Shown piece by piece: positions 10,624 through 19,885 of a stretch of 64,000 nucleotides of DNA. This DNA is from Cyanobacteria bacterium J06626_4 (lineage in GTDB: Bacteria > Cyanobacteriota > Cyanobacteriia > Phormidesmidales > Phormidesmidaceae). The translations under genes and the position numbers were made by a program. The stretch covers positions 1 to 64,000 of the forward strand of contig JBCBJQ010000024.1 in NCBI GenBank assembly GCA_038523235.1, read 5' to 3'. The notes below the pieces were generated by a model that saw only the letters and a program-made list of their open reading frames with translations, had not been told where the DNA came from and did not search any database. Each line of letters starts with the position of its first letter. Position 1 is the first letter of the stretch.

Positions 10624-11265
10624 CTAGGAACGCCGCTCCAGAATTTTGCGGATATTCGGCAGAGCGGCAGCAATGTCATCGGGGGTGTAGGCCGTTTTTT
10701 GCCAACTCTCTCGCTGGGCCAAACGGTTGGCCCAAGCGCTTAGGCGAGGATAGTTTTCTAACGGTAAGGAGGGCACTAAGGTGCCCGCGACGATGTCAGC
10801 CAGGGTCAAGTCTTTACCAGCAAAATAAGGGCCTGGAGCCAAGAGCTGTTCCAAAAATTGCAAGATCACGTTCACGCGGGCTTCAGCCGCTGCCAGCTTT
10901 TGGGGCTCAACTTCCAGGCCCACCAGCGGCCGCGTCAATGGCAGGGTCTCTGGCTGCAGTTCGACGACGGTAATCGTTTCCACCATCCGCACCCGAGCGA
11001 CCATTTCTGGCTCGCTGGGCATGAGTGATGGCGTGGGATATTTAGCTTCTAGATAGGCCAAAATGGCCAGTGATTCCACAACTTGCAATGCCCCATCGGC
11101 GATCGCGGGAACGCGCTGTAGCGGATTAATGACCGTAAACTCATCGCTGAATTGATCACCATCTAAGTGGATCAAAATTGGTTCGAAGGGGATTTGCTTT
11201 TCTAGCAGGGTGATCCAAACCCGGCGAGCATTGACGGAAACGGGATTGTAATAGAACTTCAGCAT
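10624..11265 (-). CDS. glutathione S-transferase family protein
   Basis: INPLQRVPAI, ESLAILAYLE, YFAG..LTLADI. Confidence 0.93.
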   Translation of the reverse strand: MLKFYYNPVSVNARRVWITLLEKQIPFEPILIHLDGDQFSDEFTVINPLQRVPAIADGALQVVESLAILAYLEAKYPTPSLMPSEPEMVARVRMVETITVVELQPETLPLTRPLVGLEVEPQKLAAAEARVNVILQFLEQLLAPGPYFAGKDLTLADIVAGTLVPSLPLENYPRLSAWANRLAQRESWQKTAYTPDDIAAALPNIRKILERRS

Positions 11266-11370
11266 GTTGCCTCCGGCAAAAGCAATAGACCTTGACTCAA
11301 GTCATCGAAACGGTTGAACCAGAGCGAAAAATCGTCTATCTGCTCAGTATAGAGAGGGATGAGGCCGCCG

Positions 11371-12132
11371 TTATTTACCTCCCGCCACATCAATAAATGA
11401 GCCCGTGGTGTACGCGGCGGCTGTCGATAACAACCACAGAATGGCGTGGGCCACTTCGGTTGCCTTGCCCCCTCGCTGCAGCGGCACCGAAGCTTTGACC
11501 CGCTCAATGCGATTGGGTTCACCCCCACTGGCGTGGATATCGGTGTCAATAAATCCGGGACGGACGGCATTGACGCGAATGCCCTCGTGGGCAACTTCTT
11601 TGGCGAGCCCTATCGTCAGCGTATCGATCGCGCCTTTAGACGCCGCATAATCCACATATTCACCGGGTGAACCCAGACGCGCCGCCACCGATGAGACGTT
11701 GACGATCGCGCCGCCGGTGCCCCCATGCTGAGTCGACATGCGTTTAACCGCTTCACGCGCACAGAGAAAACTACCGATCACGTTGACTTGAAAAATTTGC
11801 TGTAGCCGCGCCGCATCCATACTCTGGACACGCATTTGCGACTCTAAAATGCCGGCATTATTCACCAATGCGGTTACGATGCCTAACTGGTCATCCACGG
11901 TTTCAAAAAGCTGCATCACCTCATGTTCCAAAGCGATGTCTGCTGCGATCGCGATCGCTTGGCCGCCACTCTGAATAACCGAACTGACGACGCGGTTGGC
12001 CGCGGCCTGATTGCGCCGATAATTGACGGCCACGGCATACCCCTGCTGGGCGGCCAAACAGGCCGTCGCCGCCCCAATGCCCCGGCTGCCCCCAGTGACA
12101 ATCAGGACTTTTTTGTTTTCATGAGCGCTCAT
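11371..12132 (-). CDS. SDR family oxidoreductase
   Basis: TGGSRGIG, LVNNAG, YAASKG, IRVNAVRPG. Confidence 0.95.
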   Translation of the reverse strand: MSAHENKKVLIVTGGSRGIGAATACLAAQQGYAVAVNYRRNQAAANRVVSSVIQSGGQAIAIAADIALEHEVMQLFETVDDQLGIVTALVNNAGILESQMRVQSMDAARLQQIFQVNVIGSFLCAREAVKRMSTQHGGTGGAIVNVSSVAARLGSPGEYVDYAASKGAIDTLTIGLAKEVAHEGIRVNAVRPGFIDTDIHASGGEPNRIERVKASVPLQRGGKATEVAHAILWLLSTAAAYTTGSFIDVAGGK

Positions 12133-12233
12133 AGACAACTTTTGACCTCACTGGCGGCTTGGCTCGTTCCATGCGGTTCGGGAGACGCATTACGATCACT
12201 CACCGACGGCATAACGTGTGCGGCTGGGGGCAG

Positions 12234-12623
12234 TTAAACTTTGGCCGCGTCTGGTTCAAGTATCCTTTGGCTGGGATACGAACAATCCAACACGAGGCAG
12301 TCCGTCTTGGCGCGAAAGGGGCCATGCACCTCACCGGGCGGACGGCTGGCATAATCGCCCGCTGTGAGCCAGCGATCGAACGCTTGGTCATAGAGCTGAC
12401 CAGAAACGATGAAAATCTCTTCGGGATAATCGTGCACCTGCGGCCCCAACTCCGCCGTATCAGCCCCGGCTTTGAAGCGGGTCAGCCGCGTGTAGTCTCC
12501 AGTGGTTTCATCAATGGCGAGGAACAGCTGTTCGATCAGGCCGTGGGTGCCTTCAATGACAGTCCATTGATCGGCATGGTCGGCCTGCAGTGGATTCCAG
12601 TAGGTCGCTGTGGTTTTAGCCAT
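12234..12623 (-). CDS. ChrR-like cupin domain protein
   Basis: HDYPEEIFIVSG..., GDYASRPPGEVHGPF cupin metal motifs; directly downstream of the first NHase operon. Confidence 0.85.
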   Translation of the reverse strand: MAKTTATYWNPLQADHADQWTVIEGTHGLIEQLFLAIDETTGDYTRLTRFKAGADTAELGPQVHDYPEEIFIVSGQLYDQAFDRWLTAGDYASRPPGEVHGPFRAKTDCLVLDCSYPSQRILEPDAAKV

Positions 12624-12699
12624 GGGGAGGGTACCAATGATCAGCGATGAGCGGTGTCCTCATCAATATTCTTGCCAGAGAATGATTTGCCGCTCCGGT

Positions 12700-13065
12700 T
12701 TAGGGATGGTCATGGTTGAGATGGTCGTGATCAGCGGCGATTTTCTGAGCCAGGTCGACAACTTTTTGGTCGATCGCGTCAGCATCGAGCAGGCCCTTGG
12801 CGATCAGCAGCTTTTCGCAGGCCTGCAGCCAGCATTCATAGTAGGTGCGGGAATCGGAGGTGCTAGATTCCGCCGTGGCGATTTCTTGAACGAGCTGATC
12901 GTTCCATTCTGTCCAGCTGTATTGGCGATCGGCCGCTAACTGATTCACGATCGCAAATGCCTTGGCTTCCCAAGGTGCTTGAAAAACGGGTTCATCTTCC
13001 GCTGCATGGCCGTCCGTGTCCAAGGGGAACTGGGGTGAGGGCGTAGACATCGGATTCATCTTCAT
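12700..13065 (-). CDS. nitrile hydratase accessory protein (P14K/NhlE-like)
   Basis: EPVFQAPWEAKAFAI, W.EW...L, YYECWLQACEKLL; His-rich tail; true start at ATG 13065/13059/13050 because the longer ORF overlaps the upstream gene. Confidence 0.88.
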   Translation of the reverse strand: MKMNPMSTPSPQFPLDTDGHAAEDEPVFQAPWEAKAFAIVNQLAADRQYSWTEWNDQLVQEIATAESSTSDSRTYYECWLQACEKLLIAKGLLDADAIDQKVVDLAQKIAADHDHLNHDHP

Positions 13066-13069
13066 CGCA

Positions 13070-13465
13070 TTAGGGCGCTTCGAGGTGGTCATCAAAGAGA
13101 TCCAGATAGAGCGCATCACTTGCGGGCGCTGCTTGGCCCCACAGCGCTTGGGCCGAAAATCGCACGCTGTAAACATGCTGGGGCTTCGTGGCCAGCCGCT
13201 GCCCCATCGTATCGGGAAAGACATAAACTCCGTGGTCTTGCATGACGGTGCCCACCTTGCCGCGCACGTAGCGCGGTAAGCGGGTGTAGGTGGCCGGGTG
13301 CACGACTTTGGCCTGTACTAAATCACCCACCTGAAACTGCGGCGGTAGGTCGCTGTTGACCTGACAGCTGAGCCCCTCTTGTAGCAGCGTTTTGGCAACT
13401 GCAGCGGTCATACATTGATTACTGGTTTCAATTGTCATTGTTCCAAGCTGATGGGTTGCTGACAC
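13070..13465 (-). CDS. nitrile hydratase beta subunit, C-terminal (SH3-like) half
   Basis: FQVGDLV, YTRLPRYVRGKVG, HGVYVFPD, PQHVYSVRF...LWG, LDLFDDHLE; start GTG 13465 or ATG 13438. Confidence 0.88.
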   Translation of the reverse strand: MSATHQLGTMTIETSNQCMTAAVAKTLLQEGLSCQVNSDLPPQFQVGDLVQAKVVHPATYTRLPRYVRGKVGTVMQDHGVYVFPDTMGQRLATKPQHVYSVRFSAQALWGQAAPASDALYLDLFDDHLEAP

Positions 13466-13478
13466 ATTGGGGACTGCT

Positions 13479-13787
13479 TTAGCTCTCCGTCTGGCGGAGA
13501 TGCGTGATGCGGTCTTCGATCTCGGCGGGGGTGAGCCAACTATGCTCGGTGAGCAATAACTCTAAGGCCGCGAGCCAGCGCTCATAATAGCTAGCGCTGA
13601 GGTACTCGCCCGCGGGGATGCGCTCGGCGGCATGACGCGTCTCATCCACGGGAAAGAACGTGCTAAAGGTGGCGAAACTCATGGCAAACACTTTGGCTTC
13701 CCAGGCGCTGTGAAAAACGGGCTCATTTTCCTCAATGGGAATCGCGCCCAGCCCCTGCATTCCCCCCAGATCATGTGGTCCATTCAT
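13479..13787 (-). CDS. nitrile hydratase beta subunit, N-terminal half
   Basis: MNGPHDLGGMQGLG, EPVFHSAWE, DETRHAAERI, YLSASYYERWL. Confidence 0.9.
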   Translation of the reverse strand: MNGPHDLGGMQGLGAIPIEENEPVFHSAWEAKVFAMSFATFSTFFPVDETRHAAERIPAGEYLSASYYERWLAALELLLTEHSWLTPAEIEDRITHLRQTES

Positions 13788-13799
13788 GGGATTTATCTC

Positions 13800-14420
13800 C
13801 TAGGCGGCGATCGGGGTGGGTGAAGTCGGCGGCTCTACCTTAGCCGTCCCAATCATGGCATTGCGAGTGATTAAAGCCGCCAACGCCTCCTCTGATAAGC
13901 CATCAGTGCTGCCGGGGCGCTCTGGCAAGACCAGGTAGCGGAGGTCAGCATTACTATCCCACACGCGCACTTCGACCGTATCGGGCAGCACGAGGCCAAA
14001 TTCGGCTAACACGCTGCGGGGCTCTATGACGGCGCGCGATCGGTAGGCCAATGATTTATACCAGGTGGGCGGCAAGCCTAAAATTGCCCAGGGATAGCAG
14101 GAGCAGAGCGTACACACAATCAGGTTATGCACAGTCGCCGTGTTTTCGACGACGATCATATGCTCACTCGAAAAGCCCGTGAGGCCGAGTTCGGCGATCG
14201 CGCCAGTGCCATCGGCTAACAGTCGACGTTTAAAGTCCGGGTCCACCCAGGCCTTGGCCACAATTTGAGCGCCGACATGGGGGCCAACCTGATGCTCATA
14301 GTGCTCAATGATGGCGTCTAGCGCCGCTGGGTCAACAATGCCTTTTTCAATCAAAAGCGATTCAATGGCTTTTACCCGCAGCGCGATCTCTGATTCTGGA
14401 CGATGATGATGCGTCGTCAT
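13800..14420 (-). CDS. nthA: nitrile hydratase alpha subunit (cobalt-type), copy 1
   Basis: [10 protein letters not shown] metal-binding motif, [25 protein letters not shown]. Confidence 0.97.
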   Translation of the reverse strand: MTTHHHRPESEIALRVKAIESLLIEKGIVDPAALDAIIEHYEHQVGPHVGAQIVAKAWVDPDFKRRLLADGTGAIAELGLTGFSSEHMIVVENTATVHNLIVCTLCSCYPWAILGLPPTWYKSLAYRSRAVIEPRSVLAEFGLVLPDTVEVRVWDSNADLRYLVLPERPGSTDGLSEEALAALITRNAMIGTAKVEPPTSPTPIAA

Positions 14421-14613
14421 AGGTTTAGAAATTCCCTGTCTGTCAATGCAAAGTAATGCCCTTGATTAAGCAACTTTCCTCTAACTTCTAGTTATTAAAA
14501 ATCGATTGAGAGGATTCTATCAAGATTATCCTGAAATCCCAACCCTTTAGGTCTCACAGTTGCCGCAGTTGTCCTCAAAAGGATACAGTTCGGTTAGCTC
14601 AGTTGAGGCCTGC

Positions 14614-15294
14614 ATGGTTTTAGTCAAAACGTATACTCATCCCTTTGATCTGCCCCTCGAAAAAACGGCTTTGCTGATCATTGATATGCAAAACGACTTT
14701 TGCCATCCCGACGGGTTTAACGGTAGCGAACTAGCCCTTGACCTCACTGCCGTCAGAGCTATTATTCCGGCGATTCAGTCGCTCCTTGACTGGGCGAGAG
14801 AAATGGAAATCAAGACTATTTTTACCCGCGAAAGTCATGCGCCAGATCTCTCCGATTTATCGCCGAGCAAGCAAATGCGGTATGCCAATGCGGGGTCGCC
14901 CATTGGTCAGCGCGGTAAGATGGGCCGATTCTTGGTGAGAGGCGAAGCTGGCGTCGCCATTATCAATGAATTACAACCACTCCCAGAGGAAGCGCAGTTA
15001 GACAAACCCGCCCATTCTTGCTTTATCGATACGTCCCTCGACCAGCAGTTGCGGGCCAGCGACATCACCCACCTCATCATCACGGGCGTCACCACCGAAT
15101 GCTGTGTGCTAGCTACCTACCGCCATGCCAGCGATCTGGGGTATTACTGCCTGCTGCTCGATGATTGTTGTGCGGCCTTTGAGCCGCAAGATCATGACGC
15201 GACGGTGCACATTTTGCAGGCGGAAGGCGGCGTCTTGGGTTGGGTGGCCAATTCTCTGCAGCTCTTTGGCGCTTTATCGGTGAAATCAGCCTAA
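14614..15294 (+). CDS. isochorismatase-family cysteine hydrolase, biuret/triuret/guanylurea hydrolase clade
   Basis: D-K-C triad in IIDMQNDF, LDKP, GVTTECCV; clade insert HAPDLSDL..SK..R..IG..G.MGRFLVRGE; C-terminal EGGVLG; ATG 14614 preceded by GAGG. Confidence 0.85.
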   Translation: MVLVKTYTHPFDLPLEKTALLIIDMQNDFCHPDGFNGSELALDLTAVRAIIPAIQSLLDWAREMEIKTIFTRESHAPDLSDLSPSKQMRYANAGSPIGQRGKMGRFLVRGEAGVAIINELQPLPEEAQLDKPAHSCFIDTSLDQQLRASDITHLIITGVTTECCVLATYRHASDLGYYCLLLDDCCAAFEPQDHDATVHILQAEGGVLGWVANSLQLFGALSVKSA

Positions 15295-15397
15295 ACGATG
15301 GCAAGTTGACACCACACCTGAGTTTTGCTGAATCCGCAAAATAACTGGCGGTGAGTGGCTGATGCCGCAATATTTTGCCGGTTAATTTGCTGGAACT

Positions 15398-15439
15398 GTG
15401 GCATTGGCTACAGCGAGCGCCGATTAAATTATCTACTGT
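15398..15439 (+). promoter_or_regulatory. NtcA-type promoter upstream of the ABC importer
   Basis: GTG-GCATTGGC-TAC (15398-15411, TGT..ACA flanks), 22-nt spacer, -10 box TACTGT (15434-15439). Confidence 0.6.
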
Positions 15440-15502
15440 CATAGCATCAAGTTCCCTAGCCTTCCGCTTTGACCACACTTGCCCAACCTTGAGGTGACTG
15501 CT

Positions 15503-16561
15503 ATGCCCCCGACTCCCCAACTGCTGGGGCGACTTCTTATGCTTGCCCTCGGTGCCAGCTTGTGGACGGCCTGCGCCACGTCTGAGTCTGTACCCGAAGA
15601 GGCTTCAGAAACTCCGTCATCAGACGCCGCGATCGCCCCGGATGAGCTGATTCCTGTGAAAGCGGGACATTTGGTCGCGCTCGATATGGCCCCGCTATTT
15701 GTTGGGGTAGAATCCGGCTGTTTTGCAGACCATGGCTTAGCTGTAGAAACCGTGTTTTTCACGAATCCTGGTGATAACAATGCGGCCCTAGCGGGGGGGC
15801 AAATCGACTTTAGTACCAACCCCTTTACTTTGCCGTTCTTTGCAGCGAATAGTGGCGTCCCCATTAAGACGGTTGCCGCTGCCGGAGGATGGGGCGTTAT
15901 GCAGGTCATTATTAATAATGAGTATGGAGTTGAGTCCGTCTCTGATTTGACTGAATTTGTGGCGAATAATTCAGTCAAAAAACTGAAGATCGCCACCTTG
16001 CGAGGTGACACCTTAGAGCTGATTTTGGTCGATGCCTTTGAAGAAGCCGGGATTGCGCCGGATGCTTTTGAAATGGTTTACTTCGACGATTTGTTGGCGA
16101 TGGTGGATGCTTTTCGAGTTGGCGAAGTCGATATTTTAAGTCATATCAAACCTTACACGACCCAGTTTGTCGCCAGTGGTGAGGCCACGGTGCTGACTGA
16201 TAATGCTGAGGTGTGGTCGCCCATGACGCCAAATACGGTGGTCAGCGTGTTGGAGCCCACCTTGACCGATCGCCCAGAAGTGGTGGAAGCCTATCTGAAG
16301 GGGCTACAGTGCGCCGCTGAAATCATCAACACTGACCCCGCCGCGGCGATCGCGCTGCTCACCGATGGCAACTATTACCGGGTCGAGGAGTCAGTGTTAC
16401 TCACGGCCTTTGAAACGCAACCCTCACCCATTACCTTCACCCCGGATTTAGAGGCCGTGCAAACCGTGGTCGATAAAATGGTGGATTTGAAATATATCGA
16501 GTCTGATGTGCCTGCCGCCGATATCTTTGATACCGAGATTGTCAAAGGGTTAGAGCAGTAG
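15503..16561 (+). CDS. ABC transporter substrate-binding lipoprotein, NitT/TauT (SsuA-like) family
   Basis: Lipobox-like LWTAC; APLFVG...G.F...GL.VE, AALAGGQIDF; first gene of an SBP-permease-ATPase operon. Confidence 0.88.
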   Translation: MPPTPQLLGRLLMLALGASLWTACATSESVPEEASETPSSDAAIAPDELIPVKAGHLVALDMAPLFVGVESGCFADHGLAVETVFFTNPGDNNAALAGGQIDFSTNPFTLPFFAANSGVPIKTVAAAGGWGVMQVIINNEYGVESVSDLTEFVANNSVKKLKIATLRGDTLELILVDAFEEAGIAPDAFEMVYFDDLLAMVDAFRVGEVDILSHIKPYTTQFVASGEATVLTDNAEVWSPMTPNTVVSVLEPTLTDRPEVVEAYLKGLQCAAEIINTDPAAAIALLTDGNYYRVEESVLLTAFETQPSPITFTPDLEAVQTVVDKMVDLKYIESDVPAADIFDTEIVKGLEQ

Positions 16562-16562
16562 G

Positions 16563-17372
16563 ATGCCCCGTCAGACCTCTGGTCAGCCGGCATGGCAAGC
16601 TTCCCTACTGGCGATCGCCTGTGGGTTGCTATCCTGTGCGATTGTGGTGGGCATTTGGGAAATGGCTGGTCGTGATCCGGCCAATCCGGTCACTCAGGTC
16701 TTGCCGCCGCCCTCCCAGTTTTTGCCGGTGTTGTTTGAAAGCGACTTTAAAGTTGGCCTGGGCTCGCAGTCGGCCTCCATCTATCAGTCGGTCATGGTCA
16801 CCTTGATCCGAGTTTCTTTGGGCATGGCGATCGCCTTTGTGGGCTCCATTGCCTGCGGTTTACTCATCAGTCTTTCCAAATGGTCAGAGTTGTTTATCTT
16901 GCCTCTGCTGGGGTTGATGGCGCCGATCGCGCCCATTGCTTGGGTGCCCTTAGCGCTCGTCGTCTTTGGGGTGAGTAACTTGACCGCCATCTTCATCGTC
17001 TTTATGGGCGTGTTCTTTACGCTGACGATTGCCACGGTGGCCGAGATTAAGCGGATTCCGGCGCCGCTGTTAATGACGGCTGAAAATTTGGGGGGCGGCA
17101 GCTTTAACCGCTGGCGCTGGGTGATCATTCCGGCGGTGCTACCCGGCGTGTTTACCCTCTTGCGACTGAACTTTATCGCCGCTTGGATGGCCGTACTCGC
17201 CGCTGAGATGACTGGCTTGCGGGATGGCTTAGGCACTGTGGTGATGACGGGGCGCAACCTGTTCAACAGCGACCTCATTTTGTTGGGCATCTGCATCATT
17301 GGCATCACCGGCTTCGCCGTGGATCGTTTACTGTTGCTGATTCAGCGCAAGTTTTTTTGGTGGCAGGTTTAA
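16563..17372 (+). CDS. ABC transporter permease, NitT/TauT family
   Basis: LPPPS, TLIRV..G, PIAPIAWVPL, EAA-like loop TAENLGG..VIIPAVLP, AW.AVLAAEM. Confidence 0.93.
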   Translation: MPRQTSGQPAWQASLLAIACGLLSCAIVVGIWEMAGRDPANPVTQVLPPPSQFLPVLFESDFKVGLGSQSASIYQSVMVTLIRVSLGMAIAFVGSIACGLLISLSKWSELFILPLLGLMAPIAPIAWVPLALVVFGVSNLTAIFIVFMGVFFTLTIATVAEIKRIPAPLLMTAENLGGGSFNRWRWVIIPAVLPGVFTLLRLNFIAAWMAVLAAEMTGLRDGLGTVVMTGRNLFNSDLILLGICIIGITGFAVDRLLLLIQRKFFWWQV

Positions 17373-17375
17373 AGG

Positions 17376-18257
17376 ATGACAACCGGCGATCGCTCCCCAA
17401 CTTCCTTCTCCACCCCGCCGATTCTGACCTGCCAGGCGCTCACCAAAACGTTCTCAACGGGGCGGCAAACAGCCACTGTTTTGGCCGACGTCAATTTGGC
17501 GGTTGACCAGGGTGGCTTTGTCACCATCTTGGGGCAATCGGGCGGCGGCAAGTCAACGCTGCTGAAGCTGCTGGGCGGATTCATCCCCCCGACCTCTGGG
17601 CAGGTGCTCTTTCACGGTGTGCCGTTGCCAGGCATTACTCCCAAAATTGGCATGGTGTTTCAAGAAAACACCCTGTACCCGTGGCTGACGGTCGAACAAA
17701 ACATCGGTTTTGGCTTCAAGGTGCGGGGCAAACAGCCGGCGCAATATCGCCCGCAGGTCAAACATGTTCTGGAGCATGTGGGGCTTTTCCCAGCTCGCAA
17801 ACTCTATCCCCATCAGCTTTCAGGGGGGATGAAGCAACGAGTGTCGATCGCCCGCTCCATTGCGGTGCAGCCCGACGTCTTGCTTTTGGATGAGCCTTTT
17901 TCCGCGTTGGATATTCAATTACGTCGCCGCCTGCAGGGATTTTTGTCCGCCATTTGGCAAGATATGGCAACCACCATGGTGCTGGTCACTCACAATGTGG
18001 AAGAGGCTATTTTGTTGGGTCAAAGGCTGATTGTTGTCGGCGATCGCCCTGGTCGAATCATTGAAACGGTGGATCTGTCAGATCCGCGATTTCGCGATCG
18101 CTACGATGCTCGATTTTTAGCCTTACAGCGTCATCTAGAAGGCGTCATTGAAGCCGATGCCTACACGCAGGACGGTCGGCTGCCGTCGAACTCGGCAGAG
18201 GGGCGATCGACCATTCCCAATCCCTCCTTCAACCCGTCATCCGGTGTGGCTGATTGA
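17376..18257 (+). CDS. ABC transporter ATP-binding protein, NitT/TauT family
   Basis: GQSGGGKST, LSGGMKQR, LLLDEPFSALD, VTHNVEEA. Confidence 0.96.
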   Translation: MTTGDRSPTSFSTPPILTCQALTKTFSTGRQTATVLADVNLAVDQGGFVTILGQSGGGKSTLLKLLGGFIPPTSGQVLFHGVPLPGITPKIGMVFQENTLYPWLTVEQNIGFGFKVRGKQPAQYRPQVKHVLEHVGLFPARKLYPHQLSGGMKQRVSIARSIAVQPDVLLLDEPFSALDIQLRRRLQGFLSAIWQDMATTMVLVTHNVEEAILLGQRLIVVGDRPGRIIETVDLSDPRFRDRYDARFLALQRHLEGVIEADAYTQDGRLPSNSAEGRSTIPNPSFNPSSGVAD

Positions 18258-18401
18258 GCCTAGCCAGCGTCATGCTGAGCGGCACGGAGTTTTCCCCGCA
18301 ATGAAACACCGTCCGTTTCCCTCTCCCTTGAAGCGGTTATCCCCTAAACCTTGAACCTCTCCCCAAATCATCGTGCATCGGGGACTAACTGCCACCCTCT
18401 A

Positions 18402-18896
18402 CTAGGGCTGAACTCTAGCGGGATATTGAGCCTTGTGAATGGTGAGAATCGTTTTGGAATTCAAGCGTTTAACCTCAGGATTACTTTTGAGGGAATTAAT
18501 GAACTTCAACAGATCACGATTGTCTTTATAGATATATTCCAGCATGAGGTTAAATTCTCCCGTCACCGAAGCAATGTAGCTGATATTTTCCATGGCTATT
18601 AGCTGACTGAGACTGGCCCCTAAAAATACAGGATCAATTTCCAGTTCCAAGTAAGCCACATTTTCATGTTTGACTTTACCCATATTAATAAAGGCACTAA
18701 TAGAAATAATTGCTTCATCCAGTAGCCGTTTGACTCGATATCGGATCGTCGCTTCGGGCGAATCAATCGAGCGGGCAATGTCGCTGTAAGCAATTCGACC
18801 ATTTTGCTGTAAAAGCTCAATAATTTTTAGATCTAGCTGGTCTATTTCATATCCTTCAATGGCTGGGGCATCGGAATCAGGAGGAGAAATTTGCAT
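18402..18896 (-). CDS. Lrp/AsnC family transcriptional regulator
   Basis: IDQLDLKIIELLQQNGRIAYSDIAR..TIRYRVKRL; VTGEFNL; ATG 18896 preferred. Confidence 0.92.
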   Translation of the reverse strand: MQISPPDSDAPAIEGYEIDQLDLKIIELLQQNGRIAYSDIARSIDSPEATIRYRVKRLLDEAIISISAFINMGKVKHENVAYLELEIDPVFLGASLSQLIAMENISYIASVTGEFNLMLEYIYKDNRDLLKFINSLKSNPEVKRLNSKTILTIHKAQYPARVQP

Positions 18897-19027
18897 AGTT
18901 CTACTGTTGGGCGATCGCAATCATAGGTATTCATACTACAAGCCTTGGCGGCATCCCTATGTCTGATCGCTAATATTTATGGATTCCGCACGATCTAGAT
19001 GAAGATTAACGATATCAGCAAATAAAA

Positions 19028-19069
19028 GTAGTCCTCTCTACAGTTCTGGGCAATGGTAGGCGATAAAAT
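19028..19069 (+). promoter_or_regulatory. canonical NtcA-activated promoter upstream of the second NHase operon
   Basis: GTA-GTCCTCTC-TAC (19028-19041), 22-nt spacer, -10 box TAAAAT (19064-19069). Confidence 0.7.
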
Positions 19070-19326
19070 TGCTGATAGAAAGCGAAAGCCGCATACAGAA
19101 GTACGTAACTTGATGCCTTCTATCGCTATCAAGGCTCCTTCATGGGCTCTAAAGTTATTGCTCTTCTAATGCCTAGAGTTAAGGCAGAGGCTTGATTTAT
19201 AAAATGTTTTCTGTGGCCTGATTGAATTTAAGTCTTCTGGGGTTTTAGGTCGGTATTTCGTCTGATTTTTGGGTCGTAATCATCGAGTGATTGAGTGGTA
19301 AGTATCCCTGCAGAAAGGTGTGTTCT

Positions 19327-19821
19327 ATGAAGCAATCAGAAGCCTTGACGATCAGTATTGGTGTTTTGGGTGGGGTCGATGTTTTTTTGACCGCGACGGT
19401 GATTTTGGTGCCAGTTTGGGTGACCTTTACGGCTTGGGCTTCCTTCTTTATTGTGGGCGGTGGTACCCAGGGGTTCATTAAGTCTGTCGCCTGCAACATT
19501 ACCGGCATTATCATCGCGGCTCTATCTTTATTGGCGATTGATTTGATTGGTGCTAGTCCAATTGTTGCGGCCATTTGTGTGGGGATTGGCAGCGCGGGGA
19601 TGGTGCAAGCCTCAAAGTTGCCGTTTACCCACGGCATTACTCCGGCGATTGTTTGGGGTTTTTCTCAAACGGTTGGCACAGTTGCCGTGACCGGGTTGCC
19701 AGTGACGGCTCCACTACCCAATAATCCGGTTTTGATTGCGATCGCCGCCATGGTTTTGGGTGCCATCTTTGGCTACCTGTCTGAGGCTTGGGGCAAGGCA
19801 ATGACCACCTCTGCCGCTTAG
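19327..19821 (+). CDS. DUF1097-like small membrane protein
   Basis: Very hydrophobic, W.TF.AWASFF..GGG..G motif; ATG 19327. Confidence 0.7.
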   Translation: MKQSEALTISIGVLGGVDVFLTATVILVPVWVTFTAWASFFIVGGGTQGFIKSVACNITGIIIAALSLLAIDLIGASPIVAAICVGIGSAGMVQASKLPFTHGITPAIVWGFSQTVGTVAVTGLPVTAPLPNNPVLIAIAAMVLGAIFGYLSEAWGKAMTTSAA

Positions 19822-19885
19822 GTGCAGTTTCCGAGGTGGCTGGATGGAGTCTGGAAAACGTACCCTTAGCGAGAGGTTAATCGCG

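Noticed and set aside
13800..14420. NHLP/RiPP precursor interpretation of the NHase alpha genes
   Set aside because: Both alphas are full length with an intact CTLCSC metal site and beta partners; no RiPP maturases nearby
14421..14613. Guanidine riboswitch or NtcA box between nthA and the hydrolase
   Set aside because: No ykkC-type motif recognised, and only half-sites of the NtcA box; a covariance-model search would be needed to exclude an RNA element
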